From assembly GCF_000143415.4 (NCBI RefSeq), contig NW_003314321.1, positions 186,001-250,000 on the forward strand: 64,000 nucleotides of DNA, read 5' to 3'. A program made the translations under genes and the position numbers. The notes below the pieces were generated by a model. That model was not told where the DNA came from. It searched no databases and was given only the letters and a program-made list of their open reading frames with translations. This document shows, in pieces, positions 37,122-49,881 of the stretch (its first letter is position 1; each line of letters begins with the position of its first letter). This stretch comes from Selaginella moellendorffii (Eukaryota > Plantae > Lycopodiophyta).

Positions 37122-38007
37122 TTATTTTTGATAATAGATAACAAAGTCAACAATCCCTGATAAACTACGATACAACACTAAACTTCCATCATCTTGTATA
37201 ATAAGAATAGATGGTAATTCACATGGTGAAGGTGAGCAATATTTATTAATTGTATATAGTGGATCTCCATTTCTCTTATACAATACCAAATTACCATCTG
37301 TTTTAAGCAATATACAACCATATTGTCCATAATTACCAGTATTACTATTCCAATATGCAAACTTATTTTGCACATCTAATAGTTGAATTTCACAATTACT
37401 AAGCAATACTAACTCATACTTTTTATTTGGTGAAAGTTTCAAAGTGCCAAGATTCATAAAAGCAAATTTCTCCAGAAATAAGGCTTGAGTACATAATCCA
37501 ACAATCATATAAGTCTTGAGGATTTTTTTCTACCATCTGAGTTTTGTTTGTAAGTTTTTGTATTGATATCTTAGGTATTTTCGATCTGTACTCTAGAAAA
37601 TAAAGAACCATAAAATTGGCATTAACAACTAGCAAAGCATCATAACCTTGCCATTGAGTTTTATCCTTCAAAACATGATAAATTGGGTATAAACCAGTTG
37701 TTATGTCATCTCCACTAGCACCGCCATTTCTATTAAATTGACCACTACAATATCCTTCATCATTAACAGGGTTGAGAAACCATGCAGCTACCAGCACACG
37801 GAATGACCCAATCACGTTCAAATATGCGAATGCCTGTCCATATGAGTAACTATAATCATGACTAATAGAATCTATCACTTGATCTAGTGTAAACAAAATA
37901 ACATCCCGTGGATCTCCAACTGGTATAACATTTGCAGTCCCACCATCCTCAAGCTTGCCCTCAAGGTAACGAAATAAAGAGAAAATTATGAGAAATTTGA
38001 GTCTCAT
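37122..38007 (-). pseudogene. Secreted protein with C-terminal bulb-type (GNA/B-) lectin domain, frameshifted
   Basis: Signal-like MRLKFLIIFSLF; LSPNKKYELVL..YWNSNT..KTDGNLVLY..QDDGSLVLY. The two ORFs join if one A is removed from the A7 run at 37523-37529. Confidence 0.7.
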
Positions 38008-38192
38008 ATTCTCTGGCCTTCACATATATGGAAAAAAAAATTAGAAGCTTGTGAAGCTTGAAGCTTTGAAAAAAATGCTAAACTTGTCATATTGTTTTAA
38101 AGTAGTAAGCTTTTTTTCTTTTTTTGCTTTTTCTTTATTAAAAAAACAGAGATCTTTTTTTAAAAAAAGAGAGCAGATTCATTCTTGACCTG

Positions 38193-38303
38193 ACCGGGCT
38201 GTTGCATTTAAACCCCGGAGCGACAGCGAGCTCGACAAAGTATTTCCCCATCCTCGACGGCTCCATATGCCAGTCCGTGAGCCCCAGATTTCGTCCAGCA
38301 CGC
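38193..38303 (-). pseudogene. Internally deleted KCS 3' fragment
   Basis: Minus strand gives VLDE / [14 protein letters not shown] / GNTLSSSL / GFKCNS in KCS order. A 24-nt exact inverted match joins 38249-38272 and 42574-42597. Confidence 0.8.
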
Positions 38304-39504
38304 TGGATCCTGAGAAACCTCCTCGCCACCAGCGTGAAATGTTACAACGCGTTCATTCATTGCCACACACTGGTGCGAACAGTGGCAGTGCCCATGCTTT
38401 TGAGCATTTTATCGTCCACTGGGAGCCTGATCACCAAGGATGGGCGAGAAAGGGATCTCTAGGACTAAAATTCTCCTTTTATGAAAGGTAGCAAGTTTTG
38501 GCTCCTAGACATGATTAACTATTGTCTCTCTATAATTGCAAATGTTTCAGGCACTGATGGTGTCAATATATGATTATCACAGACTAAGAAAGTACTGATA
38601 CTAACAGCCCAGAAACATATGCGGGCCACAGCAGCAACAAATCTCTAGAAGCCAGCAGCAGCACAGACCAGCTAAACTGCAAAACGACCAAACGAGTGAT
38701 AAAAACCGGTAGAAAAGCTGAAGTTACCATCCTTCCGCAAAGCCTTTCTCGCGGTGAGAAGGCCCCTGGTAATAGTATTGCGGCGGGGGCGCCACCGGAG
38801 GAGGATAGCCTTGAATTGGAGAAGGAAAGATTCATCCATCGATCAATAACTTCAAACTCTTCTCTCACCTTGAGGAGGATAAGGATAAGAAGTTCCCATA
38901 CTGTCCAGTTGGGACTCGCCCTGATCTTCCTATAGAGCAAAAGATCTTGGTGCTTGCTTACGTACGTACTTTTTGACCAGAAAAAGATTCGATTTTTATC
39001 AAAGGATCAACACCAAAGTTGGTGAAAGATGTACTTCAAAATCTTCCGGTTCGGTGGAATGAATATTTTCTCCATCACTTTCGAACTTTGATTCCAACCT
39101 TGATGTCTCCAGGTGATTTGGAGCACAAGAGCTTTCAATAAGTGACACCATCTTCTCGCATCACTCATGCTAGCAATGGAGCTGCTAGAGCAATCGAGAA
39201 AAACGCGATGGTTCCTTTGCGGGCTTGAAATCGTTGATGGCTTCGCAGGCTCGAAAATGTTCTCTTGAACTTTTGAAGGATATCGCGAGCCTGAAACATT
39301 GGCACAGCGTTTACAAATAATTCACTGCATGGGACTTGAGCACGTCGGAGAAAGAAATGGACTTACTATGGTCAGAACGAAAAAAGTCCAAGCGCACGAC
39401 CTGAAACTCAAATCACACTTACAGTATACTACACGGCAAAGACGGGATTCCCGGATACATGATTGCTACCAAAACTGTGGAAAGTTACCCCGAGAAGGCA
39501 TGGG

Positions 39505-40889
39505 TCACGACGCCTTTGAATCTGGTGTGCCTTCGTCCATAGCTGTGTCTTCGGGATTCACCATCTTGTCTAGTGAATCAATATCCGAAAGCTGGGTCAG
39601 GGTCTCAATGCGCAGGCTGTTTGCATCCTCGCTGCACGGAAAACCGAGAATGTTTTAATACAAAACAGCTACAAGGGCAGTACGTACTCTGTGACTCCAA
39701 AAAGCTCTTTGATTTTCAGAGCGTCTCTTGACGTCGAACAGAACTCGTCCAACTGGAGAACAAGAAACTGTGGTGAGAAAGAGCACAAAGTAAAGTGATC
39801 TTCACCTCAGATAAGTATAGGAGCTTGCTAAAGAGAGAACGAACAGCAGCCTTCCGCTTGACACCCCTCTCCGTGAGTCCCCGTAAATCCATCATCACGG
39901 TTCCTACATGCAAAGTCCGGTCAGGACGTGATTCAAGCCGAAATCTTCACAGACCATTCTCATTCACCACGCGCCTCGAGGTTTCGTTCAAGACTTCGGC
40001 AATCTCATTGTCGGTCAGCTTGGTGGTCCTTCGGAGATGAATAAGATCTGCGACAGTCTCCGGCGTGAAAGCTCGCTCGTTCATGGCGTATCGAATATAC
40101 TTCCGGAGCACTTCTTTTGAGTCAAAAGAGCACTGGAAAGGACACGAAGTGAAAAGGAGAGCAGAAAGAAAAAAAAGGAATCACAGCCTACCTTCCTTTC
40201 CAGCTCTTTGAGCACTTTGCTGTCAAATTCTTCACGGCGCTGTGGAAAATACTTGTCCAAGGAAGTCACCAAAAAGGCATTCTTTCCAATCTGAAACAAA
40301 AAGATGCGTCCATCCATCATCCATCTCCACGTAAAAAGCGAAAGAACAAAACGAAAGAGCTCGAGAGCTTTACCATCCTTCTCTTCTTCGCCTTTGGAGA
40401 GCTATACTTCTTCACAGTCCTGTACACAGCGATCACGAAAGTCACGCTGAAATACGCCACGGGCAAAACCAGCAGCCATGGAACGGAGCTCTGTCCCACC
40501 CTGGGCCCTGGAATCGCTTGAATGGCATTCCCGGTCATCTGGACAAGCTCCCCGGTCTTCTCCTCCACCCAGCTCATCTCCACCTCTTCCACCTCTTCTT
40601 TCACAACCGGCGCTGCTGCCACCGCATTCTTCCCAGCATTCTTCCTCCCACTTCCTTTCGAAACCTCCGTCTCTGAGGTAGCAGCGGTCACCTCCGCCTC
40701 TTCTTGATCCTTCTTCTTCGAAGACCACCATGCCCGAGCCGAGACACCCCGTCGCAGCGCCGGAGCTGCGAAATCCCGGGAGCTGGCGCTCCAAATCGCG
40801 TCGCGAGGGAGTAATCTACTCGATTGGGGGGAGTACCTGGAGCAGCAGCGCGCGGGAGGGACAAGAATCGCGCTGGTCATCGTCGCCAT
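39505..40889 (-). CDS. Plastid-targeted single-TM protein with armadillo-like helical domain (At2g44870-like)
   Basis: Transit-peptide-like N-terminus; IPGPRVGQSSVPWLLVLP; VLRKYIRYAMNERAF..VADLIHLR; GVKRKAAVRSLFSKLLYLSE. Six exons. Confidence 0.8.
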
Positions 40890-40957
40890 CGATGAGAGAG
40901 GTGGCCCAAAACCTAAGTTCTTGGCCTAACCCCCTGGGTTAGTTAAATGGCGTTTGT

Positions 40958-41080
40958 TAGCTAACCAGATGCGCGGCATATCCTCTTTTTCTATTTTTCC
41001 AAAAATTAGGGCTAGCTCGAGCTAACGAGATGCGCGGCATATCCCCTGTCTTTTATTTTTTCAAACATTAGGGCTAGCTC
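40958..41080 (+). repeat. About 61-bp direct duplication in the divergent promoter
   Basis: AGCTAAC(C/G)AGATGCGCGGCATATCC...ATTAGGGCTAGCTC occurs twice. Confidence 0.85.
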
Positions 41081-41328
41081 TTTATGGCCAGGAGTAAAAA
41101 TCGATAGCGATATGTCCGGCTGGTCTTTTGGCGTTCCGCGTGGTACGTAATGGACCGCCAGCGGTGATATAAATGCCGCCCATGCTATGCCTCCCATTCT
41201 TCCAGATTTTAGGGTTCTTGGCTCGCGAGAAGGGAGAAAAGGAGGAGTGGGAGAGAGGGAAATCTTTGGTTTGATGCGCCAAGCTCGGATCTGACAGAAG
41301 ACAAGCCGCGCGCCGCATTTCTCCAGCA

Positions 41329-42831
41329 ATGGATCGTCCCCCGCGGGTAAGATCGAGGCTCCCGGATTTCCTCCAGTCCGTGCGGCTCAAGTACGTGAAG
41401 CTCGGCTACCTCTATGTGGTGTCGCGGGCGCTCATCTTCCTGCTGGTGCCGCTCATGCTCCTGGTGGCCGCGGAGATCGGCAGGCTGGGGATCGACGACA
41501 TCTGGAAGCTGTGGGAGCACTTGCAGTTCAATCTGGTGAGCGTGCTGGCGTGCTCCGGGGCGCTCGTCTTCGCGGCCACGCTCTACTTCATGTCGCGGCC
41601 CCGCCCGGTCTATCTCGTGGATTTTGCGTGCTACAAGCCCGACGACGAGAGGAAGTGCTCCAAGGCCACTTTCATGGAGCGATCCACGCTCTCGGGGGCT
41701 TTCAACGACACCACTCTCGAGTTCCAGAAGAAGATCTTGGAGAGATCCGGGCTGGGCGAGGACACTTATCTCCCCGAGGCAGTGATGAACGTTCCGCCCA
41801 ATCCATGCATGAGGGAGGCGAGGAAGGAGGCCGAGATCGTCATGTTTGGAGCCATCGACGAGCTCCTGGCCAAGACCGGAGTGAAGCCCAAGGACATCGG
41901 CGTGCTGGTCGTCAACTGCAGCCTCTTCAATCCCACTCCATCGCTCTCGGCCATGATCGTCAATCACTACCGGATGCGCGGCAACATCACGAGCTTGAAT
42001 CTCGGCGGGATGGGCTGCAGCGCCGGGGTGATCTCCATCGACCTCGCCAAGGATCTGCTCCAGGTCCACACCAACACGTACGCGCTGGTGGTGAGCATGG
42101 AGAACATCACGCTCAACTGGTACTTTGGCAACGAGCGCTCCATGCTGGTGCCAAACTGCCTCTTCCGGATGGGTGGAGCGGCCATCCTCCTCTCCAACAA
42201 GCGGTCCGCGCGACGCCGCGCCAAGTACGAGCTCGTCCACACGGTGAGAACTCACAAGGGGGCCGACGAGAAGTGCTTCCAGTGCGTCTACCAGCAGGAG
42301 GACGACAAGGGGACGGTGGGAGTTTCACTCTCGCGGGATCTCATGGCGGTGGCTGGCGACGCGCTCAAGACCAACATCACGACGCTGGGTCCGCTGGTGC
42401 TGCCGCTGTCCGAGCAGATCATGTTCTTCTTCACGCTCTTCGCGAGGAAGGTGCTCAAGATGAAAGTCCGGCCTTACATCCCCGACTTCAAGCTGGCGTT
42501 CGAGCACTTTTGCATCCACGCCGGGGGGAGGGCCGTGCTGGACGAGCTGGAGAAGAACCTCCAGCTCTCGCCGTGGCATATGGAGCCGTCGAGGATGACG
42601 CTCTACCGCTGGGGGAACACTTCCTCGAGCTCGCTGTGGTACGAGCTCGCCTACTGCGAGGCCAAGGGGAGGATTGCTCGCGGGGACCGGATCTGGCAGA
42701 TTGCTTTTGGATCCGGGTTTAAGTGCAACAGCGCGGTGTGGAGAGCTCGAAAGTCGCTCAAGCCGGATCAGGTGAAGAACGCGTGGTCGGACTTTATCGA
42801 CGAGTTCCCGGTCTCGCTGGCTCACATCTAG
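41329..42831 (+). CDS. KCS: 3-ketoacyl-CoA synthase (VLCFA elongase condensing enzyme)
   Basis: [57 protein letters not shown]. Intronless, 500 aa. Confidence 0.98.
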   Translation: MDRPPRVRSRLPDFLQSVRLKYVKLGYLYVVSRALIFLLVPLMLLVAAEIGRLGIDDIWKLWEHLQFNLVSVLACSGALVFAATLYFMSRPRPVYLVDFACYKPDDERKCSKATFMERSTLSGAFNDTTLEFQKKILERSGLGEDTYLPEAVMNVPPNPCMREARKEAEIVMFGAIDELLAKTGVKPKDIGVLVVNCSLFNPTPSLSAMIVNHYRMRGNITSLNLGGMGCSAGVISIDLAKDLLQVHTNTYALVVSMENITLNWYFGNERSMLVPNCLFRMGGAAILLSNKRSARRRAKYELVHTVRTHKGADEKCFQCVYQQEDDKGTVGVSLSRDLMAVAGDALKTNITTLGPLVLPLSEQIMFFFTLFARKVLKMKVRPYIPDFKLAFEHFCIHAGGRAVLDELEKNLQLSPWHMEPSRMTLYRWGNTSSSSLWYELAYCEAKGRIARGDRIWQIAFGSGFKCNSAVWRARKSLKPDQVKNAWSDFIDEFPVSLAHI

Positions 42832-43538
42832 AGAAGAGGAAAGAACTGGAAGCTGAGCTATGGAGGATTGGAGCTGGAACACAGCGGCAGCAAACATCTC
42901 TACTGGTTCTTGGGGGAGGTTTGTGGCTCTTCTTTTTCTTCTTTTTTTTTTGTCTTGATTTCTTTCTTTCTGCGATGTCCTGGTTGGATTGACAGACAGA
43001 GACGAAGTCTTTTCCTCTCTGATAACTTTACTTCGTTGTTTTTGTTCACTCGATGATCAATGAAACGAAGAGATTTTAATTCTTCCAATTTATGAGAGCA
43101 CAGACAAAACAAACACGGACTTTTAGGCTCAAACGTGTTTTTTTTTATGAGGTTTTCTTAGATTGGAACAAAACTTCCTCGATGGTGGCGAGTGTGTTTA
43201 TTGTGCGTGACGATCATCATCAGCTTTGCCTTTTTCCTGTGTTTGGGTGTTTTGATTCCAACAAACAAGCTACCGAGAAAGAGATTCGCCACTTCTTCTT
43301 GACCGGAATGCTAACATTCTGAAGTGTAGTCTACCAAAACTTCCTTCCTGGAGGAAAATTCAACGATTGCGAGTTGAGAGCGAGTAAACAAACACGGAAT
43401 TCTTACCAGTTTCTTAACCACATGAAGTCGAGATTGGTGCCATGCCATGAAGCAAAAGCACAGGTCACGCCCCCTGTGGATTTGATTTCCAAGTGTTACC
43501 AAACAACTTTAGTAGACACGTTACATCCACGGACCTTT

Positions 43539-45301
43539 CTAGGAGCTTGCTTTAAGGAGCCAAGGATGGCATGAAGCAGCATCTAGTGTCATTCGTTGGT
43601 CGGGATCTAAGAAAAAGGAAAAAGTTACATATAAACTCAAGTTGGGCATCAATGAAACCTTCGCACCTTTACAGAGAAGTCCTTCCAACAGGTTTTGAAG
43701 ATCGGGATCCAGGCCAGGAGGCACCGAGAGCTCTTGCTGGACAATCTGCAGAGCGCTAGCGTGTCAAATGATTAGATACCCATCCATCGGTGCGCTTACC
43801 TTGTCATAAGTGTCCTGAAAGTTTTCCCCAACAAATGGATACTGTCCTGTGACCATGCAGTACAAAGTCACTCCGAGAGCCCAGACGTCCGCGGCCTTTC
43901 CGTGATATGCCATGCCTTTCCGAGAATAAAAAGAACAAAACAAACACACATGAGTCATGTCGGAAGAGCTCCAATCACGAGAAATACCTTTACAGCATTC
44001 TGGTGCTGTGAAGACAGGAGTGCCAGGAGATCGACGTAAAAGATCATCATCGCCCTGCGGCAAAAGAAAGAAAGCAAAACTTTCATCTCAACACCACACC
44101 ACAAACTCTGTGGTACCTCGAAAGTTCGACTGATACCAAAATCTCCAATTTTGATCCTGCCTTCGGCAGTAATCATCAGGTTCTCGGGCTTGATATCTCC
44201 ATGGATAACTTTCTGTCGATTGATAGAATGCGCGATCAAGTCAAGCAAAAAAGCAAAGAAAAGGTAGACCCTACATTGTTGTGAAGATACATCAAACCAG
44301 CCACGATGTCTCTGAAGTAGCGTCTCGCTGTGGACTCGCCAAGGCCACCAGGTGGTCCAGATTGTTTAAACATTCGCTGCCCTTCTATGTACTCCAGAAC
44401 TGAAAGACAAGTATACATAAGTAGCAACAACATAATAATCACAATCTTACCCATATAGAGCTGGTCACACTCTGGATCATCTATGACCTCAATCAATCTA
44501 ACAATGTTAGGATGTCTCAAGTGCTTCATTACCTCTACCTGATAAAAAAAAAAAACATTGCAGAAAATGAGAGTGAAAAGAACATCTCATAATGCTTCGT
44601 AGAACATTTTCATAGAAAACAAGAGACTTACTTCTCTACGAACGTCCATCATTGCAGTTTCAGACGGGGCTACCCGAATTTTCCCTAGTCGCGACTTATC
44701 AAACACCTTCAATGGACAAAAACAGCGGTTAGATCTAGCACATGGTGTGAGACAATTCAGTACCTTGATGGCATAAAATTTTTGATCAAACAAGCTACGG
44801 TGCAGTACCTGAAAGGGAATCAAATGTTTCTACAGAAACTTAAAGGACTGCCACTCACCACTTTCCCGTAACTCCCTTTCCCAATTCTTTCGTGACGGAC
44901 GTATTGATTGATCATTTTACTCCCATCGTAGCTCTACAAAAAAAAAAAAAAAAAGAACACAAGAAATTTTTTTTTTCTAATCGTGATTCTGTAGGCACAC
45001 AATGCGCACTTACCTGAGAAGTATTCGCTCGTCGAGTGATCTTCACATCGATCACCGGATCAGCAGCGTTTTCCACAGACCATCCATTTTCCTGGCTCGA
45101 TTTTCCTAGTCTAACTCCCACCAGTTCCCGGCCACTGCTCGAAAACCTTGCCGAAGAACTCCTCTTGCCACTGGACGCGGTATCACTCCCTGGAAACTTG
45201 AGCAGCTGCTCTTGCGAAGCTCCCGCCGGATAATAGCTCGCTTGCTTCGGAGCTTTGGTAGATTTCCTACTCAGCCCAAAGCAGCAGCCAAAGCACCCCA
45301 T
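43539..45301 (-). CDS. GRIK: GRIK/SnAK (SnRK1-activating, CaMKK-like) Ser/Thr kinase
   Basis: MGCFGCC N-terminus; RVAPSETAMMDVRRE; HPNIVRLIEVIDDP; IHGDIKPEN; IGDFG; RRSPGTPVFTAPEC; YHGKAADVWALG. Confidence 0.93.
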
Positions 45302-45866
45302 AATCCTACTCACAAGCGCCCCCAGCACCTCATAGAAATCGTACCATTTCCCGGTCGCATCCATCCATCTCGACCTATGACTTCGTAGCTCGCCCAGATC
45401 AAAAGTCATAAGCACGGGCCAGCGATGATCCAATGCCGGTGGCGCCAGGAACTAGGGAGAACCTATTACCATACACTGCTCCACCATCGACGATTTGCCG
45501 CCGCGATTCCGGGGCAATCGATCCATCCGTGGCCTGGAAAATGGGGGCTAGGAACCTGGAATCGAGCGCCATGGGGGTCGCAGGGCAGCGCCTTCATCGT
45601 CGTGCTCCTCGCCCGCCATAGCTCTGCTCTCCATCCAGGTCACAAATTATGATTCCCCTTTGTCCCACCGTCCGATCGACTTTCCACGTTGGTACCATCG
45701 CAACCGTACGTTTAGCTTAGTACGGGCTTAACAAGGGGGAAGAGCTTCCGTACACCTTGTGGAGAAACGAAAAAAAAAAAATGGTAGGCCACTTTAAAAA
45801 ACCTTTCTTGTGTCTGTACAAACTTTGTGCCGATTAGTTTGGACCGACGCTTCCTTTCGTTCCTTA

Positions 45867-48800
45867 TCACCGGTTTTGCGTCTGGATGTTTCGATAATAC
45901 AAGCAAAGATCTTCCGGTTTTTTCCAGATGTATGTTCTCACAGTTGCCAGGCTCATATCGGGAGACAAAACCTGCGCGTAGTTTTAGCTCCAGATCTTGG
46001 AAAAAATGCAAAGAACTGGGAGCTTACCTGCTGGTTACACAGTATCTCGATCGCTGGCTTCGGGTTAAATTGCCACGGCCTTGAGCTGGGCCTGCAATCG
46101 TAAACGTTACCAGGCATTTGTGGACCGGAGGCGTGATCGTCTAGAGGTCTGTCCAGAACTAGCTTCTCCAGCACGTAGTTAATCACCTGGAATGAAAAAA
46201 CATGAAGAGATTGATCGAGGGAACACGAACTTTGTAACCTTCTGTATTCTTAGGATCTTCGGTGCGCTCAGTTTTCCTTGCGTGAGAACTTGCAGAGCAG
46301 TTCCTTCGTATGGATGTAGAAAGAAGCTACACCTGTGATTGAAGGGGATGAGGAGAGGAACTTTCACGCAACAATTAAGTACTTACTTGGACTGCTCACG
46401 AGGAGGGATTTGTGCGTGTGCTACACAGTCGATGCACCATCTCGGTAGCTCCTTCTCGTCTTCAACGCCTTCCAAGTCGGACACTTTCTTCCTCCATGGT
46501 CCACCCTGTGAGCCCTCCGTGATAATTGACGGAGGGATGGACGTAGAAAAATCGAACACAACTTGACTGTCTGTGTTGTCATGAGCGTTGTCCGACAATG
46601 TCCTTAGACTTGACAAGGCGTCCCCATTAGCTAGATGCGTCGACGTCTTCTGCTTTCGTCGAGAAAGCCAGTGCGCAAAGAGACCACGCAACGTCTCTTG
46701 TCCAAGATTTAACTGCAAACGCAACCTGTAAGTTTCACTTGTATATCTGCTTGGTTACCTTGGTCTCTTCAGACGCCCCAGGAACATGCAAATCCACGGC
46801 ATACATCTCTGCCGAGAAGCATTGAGGCGTATCTAGATGTATAGAAATGCTCCCCAACCGCGTATCCATGGTAAACCACGTCGGCACGCTCACCTTCACA
46901 AGGGTTGAGTTGATAAAAAGTTATTGAAAGACAAACTTGCTTACCATCTCAAAGAGCTCCTTTTCTTTGTCATCGAACGAGACCTACAAACAAACCTTGA
47001 GCATGAAGCGTAAGAGAGACTTTGCAGGGCAGAAATACTTTTCCATAGTTCTCGACTACAGCTCCGCGAGTGATCTCCCAGAGCTTCACATTGTCCTCCG
47101 TATCCTGCAAGGGAAAGACACCAGTCTAGTTTAAACTTTTGAAGTTAACTGTACCTTTGTAAGCACATGTCGTTTGTCATTCAGCAGTGCATGCTTCACG
47201 ATTCCAGGTGTGCCTGGAATGATAGAAGATGGCTCCGTGTACAGGGGTGCCTGCAATCAACACTATAAAAACTAAAAGTCATCGAACGAAATCGTACCGG
47301 AGCGGACCCATCAATCCACGCTCTTGCACGAGAGAAAGGAAGCGATCCAGCCACAAAGGAATTTGCTTTCTGGAGTGCTTTGGCGGATATTCTCTCCCGT
47401 GCAGGCCATTTACGAATTGAGGAATCTGTCGACGCTACCCAGAGCCAATCGTCATCTTGCAACGCCATCTGAAGAATAGGATGCTGTTCTGTAAACAGCA
47501 GTATGCTCTCGCGAGAAGAAAGATCTGTCAAATAAACCTGTACGAAGTCTGTCAAATAACCTCCATGAATTACAAAAAGATTTTAAAACATACCGACAAG
47601 TCTTTGCCTCCACTGTAAACGTGACTAAAAGAGGATGTGCTCGCCATTGTCCACACTGAGTCAGTGTGCACAGCATACGAATGAACACAACGTTGCTGCC
47701 CAAGATCCCAAAGCCTGGCATTGACGCTAGTTATCAGTCGGAAATAAACATGTATGATGTATAGCTACCTGATAATTGAATCTGAAGACCCTGACAAACA
47801 TAATCTGTTAAAAAGACAATGAGAAAATGCATGAAGAATACGCTTCCAGTGTGTTACCTTCCCGACGGATCCAAGAGCAAGCTTCGAACGTTATCAGTAT
47901 GGCCCTTCAACTTCATTTGCTTTGCACCACTTCTTGGATCCCATACTCTTACAGCCTATTGAAAAGGTTAACTTTCCAATGTTCGAAGGCAAGCAAGAAC
48001 GTACCTTTTCCGTGCCTCCGGAGACAAGCACGGTTCCAGCATCGTTGATGGCAAGGGCATACACAGATTGTTTATGTCCCTTTGCTGGTATTGGAGCGTA
48101 GGTTTGTGCAGGAGTAATTGCAGCAGTCGATCTCTCGGAATGTAGTAGATTTCCAGAGCTCTTATGCATTCCGTCATATCTGGTTTCCTCCAAACCATCA
48201 CTTCGTGCTTTCGACACAGGAGCCGTCGCAGCTTCAAGGTCCCAGATGAAAACTTCGCAACCGAGGCCCCCCGAAGCCACAGTGTTGGTCTTCCATCAAA
48301 ACAATATAGACGTCATCAACAGTAAAAAGATGTGAATCGAATTCCTTACATGCCGAGCAGCAGCCAATGACGTGACATAATCCGAGTGCTGCCGAAACGT
48401 CCTAGTACAAGCTCCATTCGAAAATGCGTTCCAAGTCTGGTGGCATCAGCAAAACTAAGAGACGCCTTGGAGAAGAAACTAGAAGTACCTTGAGCGTGGT
48501 GTCAGAAGAGCAAGACACGAGAGTGTCTTCTCCGGTGAGAACAAGATCGTTCACCTGTGAAAAAATTTTAACATCACAAGAAAAAATGGAAATCCACACA
48601 TACCCAGTCGACATGCGACTCAAAAGTAGTACAGCAAGTCGCGACCTCTTCATCAACCTCCCACCTTTTGAGTGTTCCATCACGGCTGCCACTGAAAAGA
48701 GATCTTTTTCCATCGGACAAATCGCTGGAAGACGAGACTTTCACACAATTGACACCAGAAGAGTGCTGAGGAAACGAAGTCTTAGCTAGAGCACAAGAAA

Positions 48801-48931
48801 ATCAAATAGAAAGAAGGAAAGTTTTGGCTTACCGTAGAATCGTCAGCATCGGTAAAAACATATGTCAGTCTACGTTCCTTCCGAGGCCGGGATGGATTTG
48901 CAGCGTTGCCAGTGCTCGCGACTCGATGCAT
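45867..48931 (-). CDS. WDR48: WD40-repeat protein 48 (UAF1 / LRS1 homolog)
   Basis: [17 protein letters not shown]; WD40 repeats ([25 protein letters not shown]); [11 protein letters not shown]; LSAPKILRI; IEILCNQQ|[17 protein letters not shown]. Confidence 0.95.
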
Positions 48932-49361
48932 ACCGACCTAAATCCAGGCCCAGAAGAATCGCTCAATTCGCCTCTACACAACCCTATCTTACCTCAGGAA
49001 TGCGATGCAGGATTCCCCAATCAATCCCTCATCCCTCATACAATAGCTTTGCAAAATCTGGGAATTGGCAGCTGCTCCTCGCAGCCCGCGCCTCGTCAAT
49101 CCATACCCTAGCGTCTATCGAGCGCAGATGTTCCTCCCCTCTCTGACTTTAGGGTTTATGCTCGGGTTTACGAAGCTTCCTGAATGTTTAGGGCTAAACA
49201 ACAACATGCCTGGTATATTCTTGCATGCACTTATCATATTTTAATTTTAATTTCCAAACTTTTTACAAATTACATATAAAGTAGAATTCTAATAATTTGT
49301 TACGCATTGCATTGCATTGCATGTATTAACATTTTTTTTGTTTAATAGTAATGTTATTTTT

Positions 49362-49881
49362 GGTTTGTTTAAGCAAATTTGTAAAGGGACTGAGATAGTA
49401 GCGAATATACCTAGAATATACTTGAATATTCTTGGATATTCTACCATTTAATGGTTTTTATTTATTTAGATTAATCTTGTATTTATAATTTATAAACTTT
49501 CCTAAACCCTTTCTAGTATATTCTTTTTTATTCTAAAATTTAGTGATTGATATGCAATAAGATTAATCTTGTGTTTATAAATTACAAACATGCTTGTAAT
49601 TATAAAATTTATCTGATCAATTAGATTAATAAGTTAGAATAACACTACTATTAAGCAAACAAAATGTTGCTATATGCAACACATAGTAATTTTTACTTAT
49701 TAATCCAATTGATCAAATAAAAGTTTATAATTTATAAACACAAGATTAATCTTATTGCATATCAACTTAGATAGTAGAATAAAAAAATATATTAGAAAGT
49801 GTTTAAGAGAGTTTATAAATTATAAATACAAAATTAATCTGTAACAACCATTAAATGGTAAAATATTCTAAAATATTCAAG
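49362..49881. mobile_element. MITE-like copy (49362-49660) plus adjacent inverted partial copy (49683-49881)
   Basis: Same family as 36785-37092. ATAAGATTAATCTTGTGTTTATAAATTA occurs on + at about 49557 and as reverse complement at about 49727-49754. Confidence 0.75.

Noticed and set aside
41292-41301. TGACAGAAGA, miR156-like seed
   Set aside because: Only 10 nt match and no complementary hairpin arm visible.
41209-42897. 403-aa shifted and 348-aa antisense ORFs over KCS
   Set aside because: Shadow ORFs of a GC-rich intronless gene.
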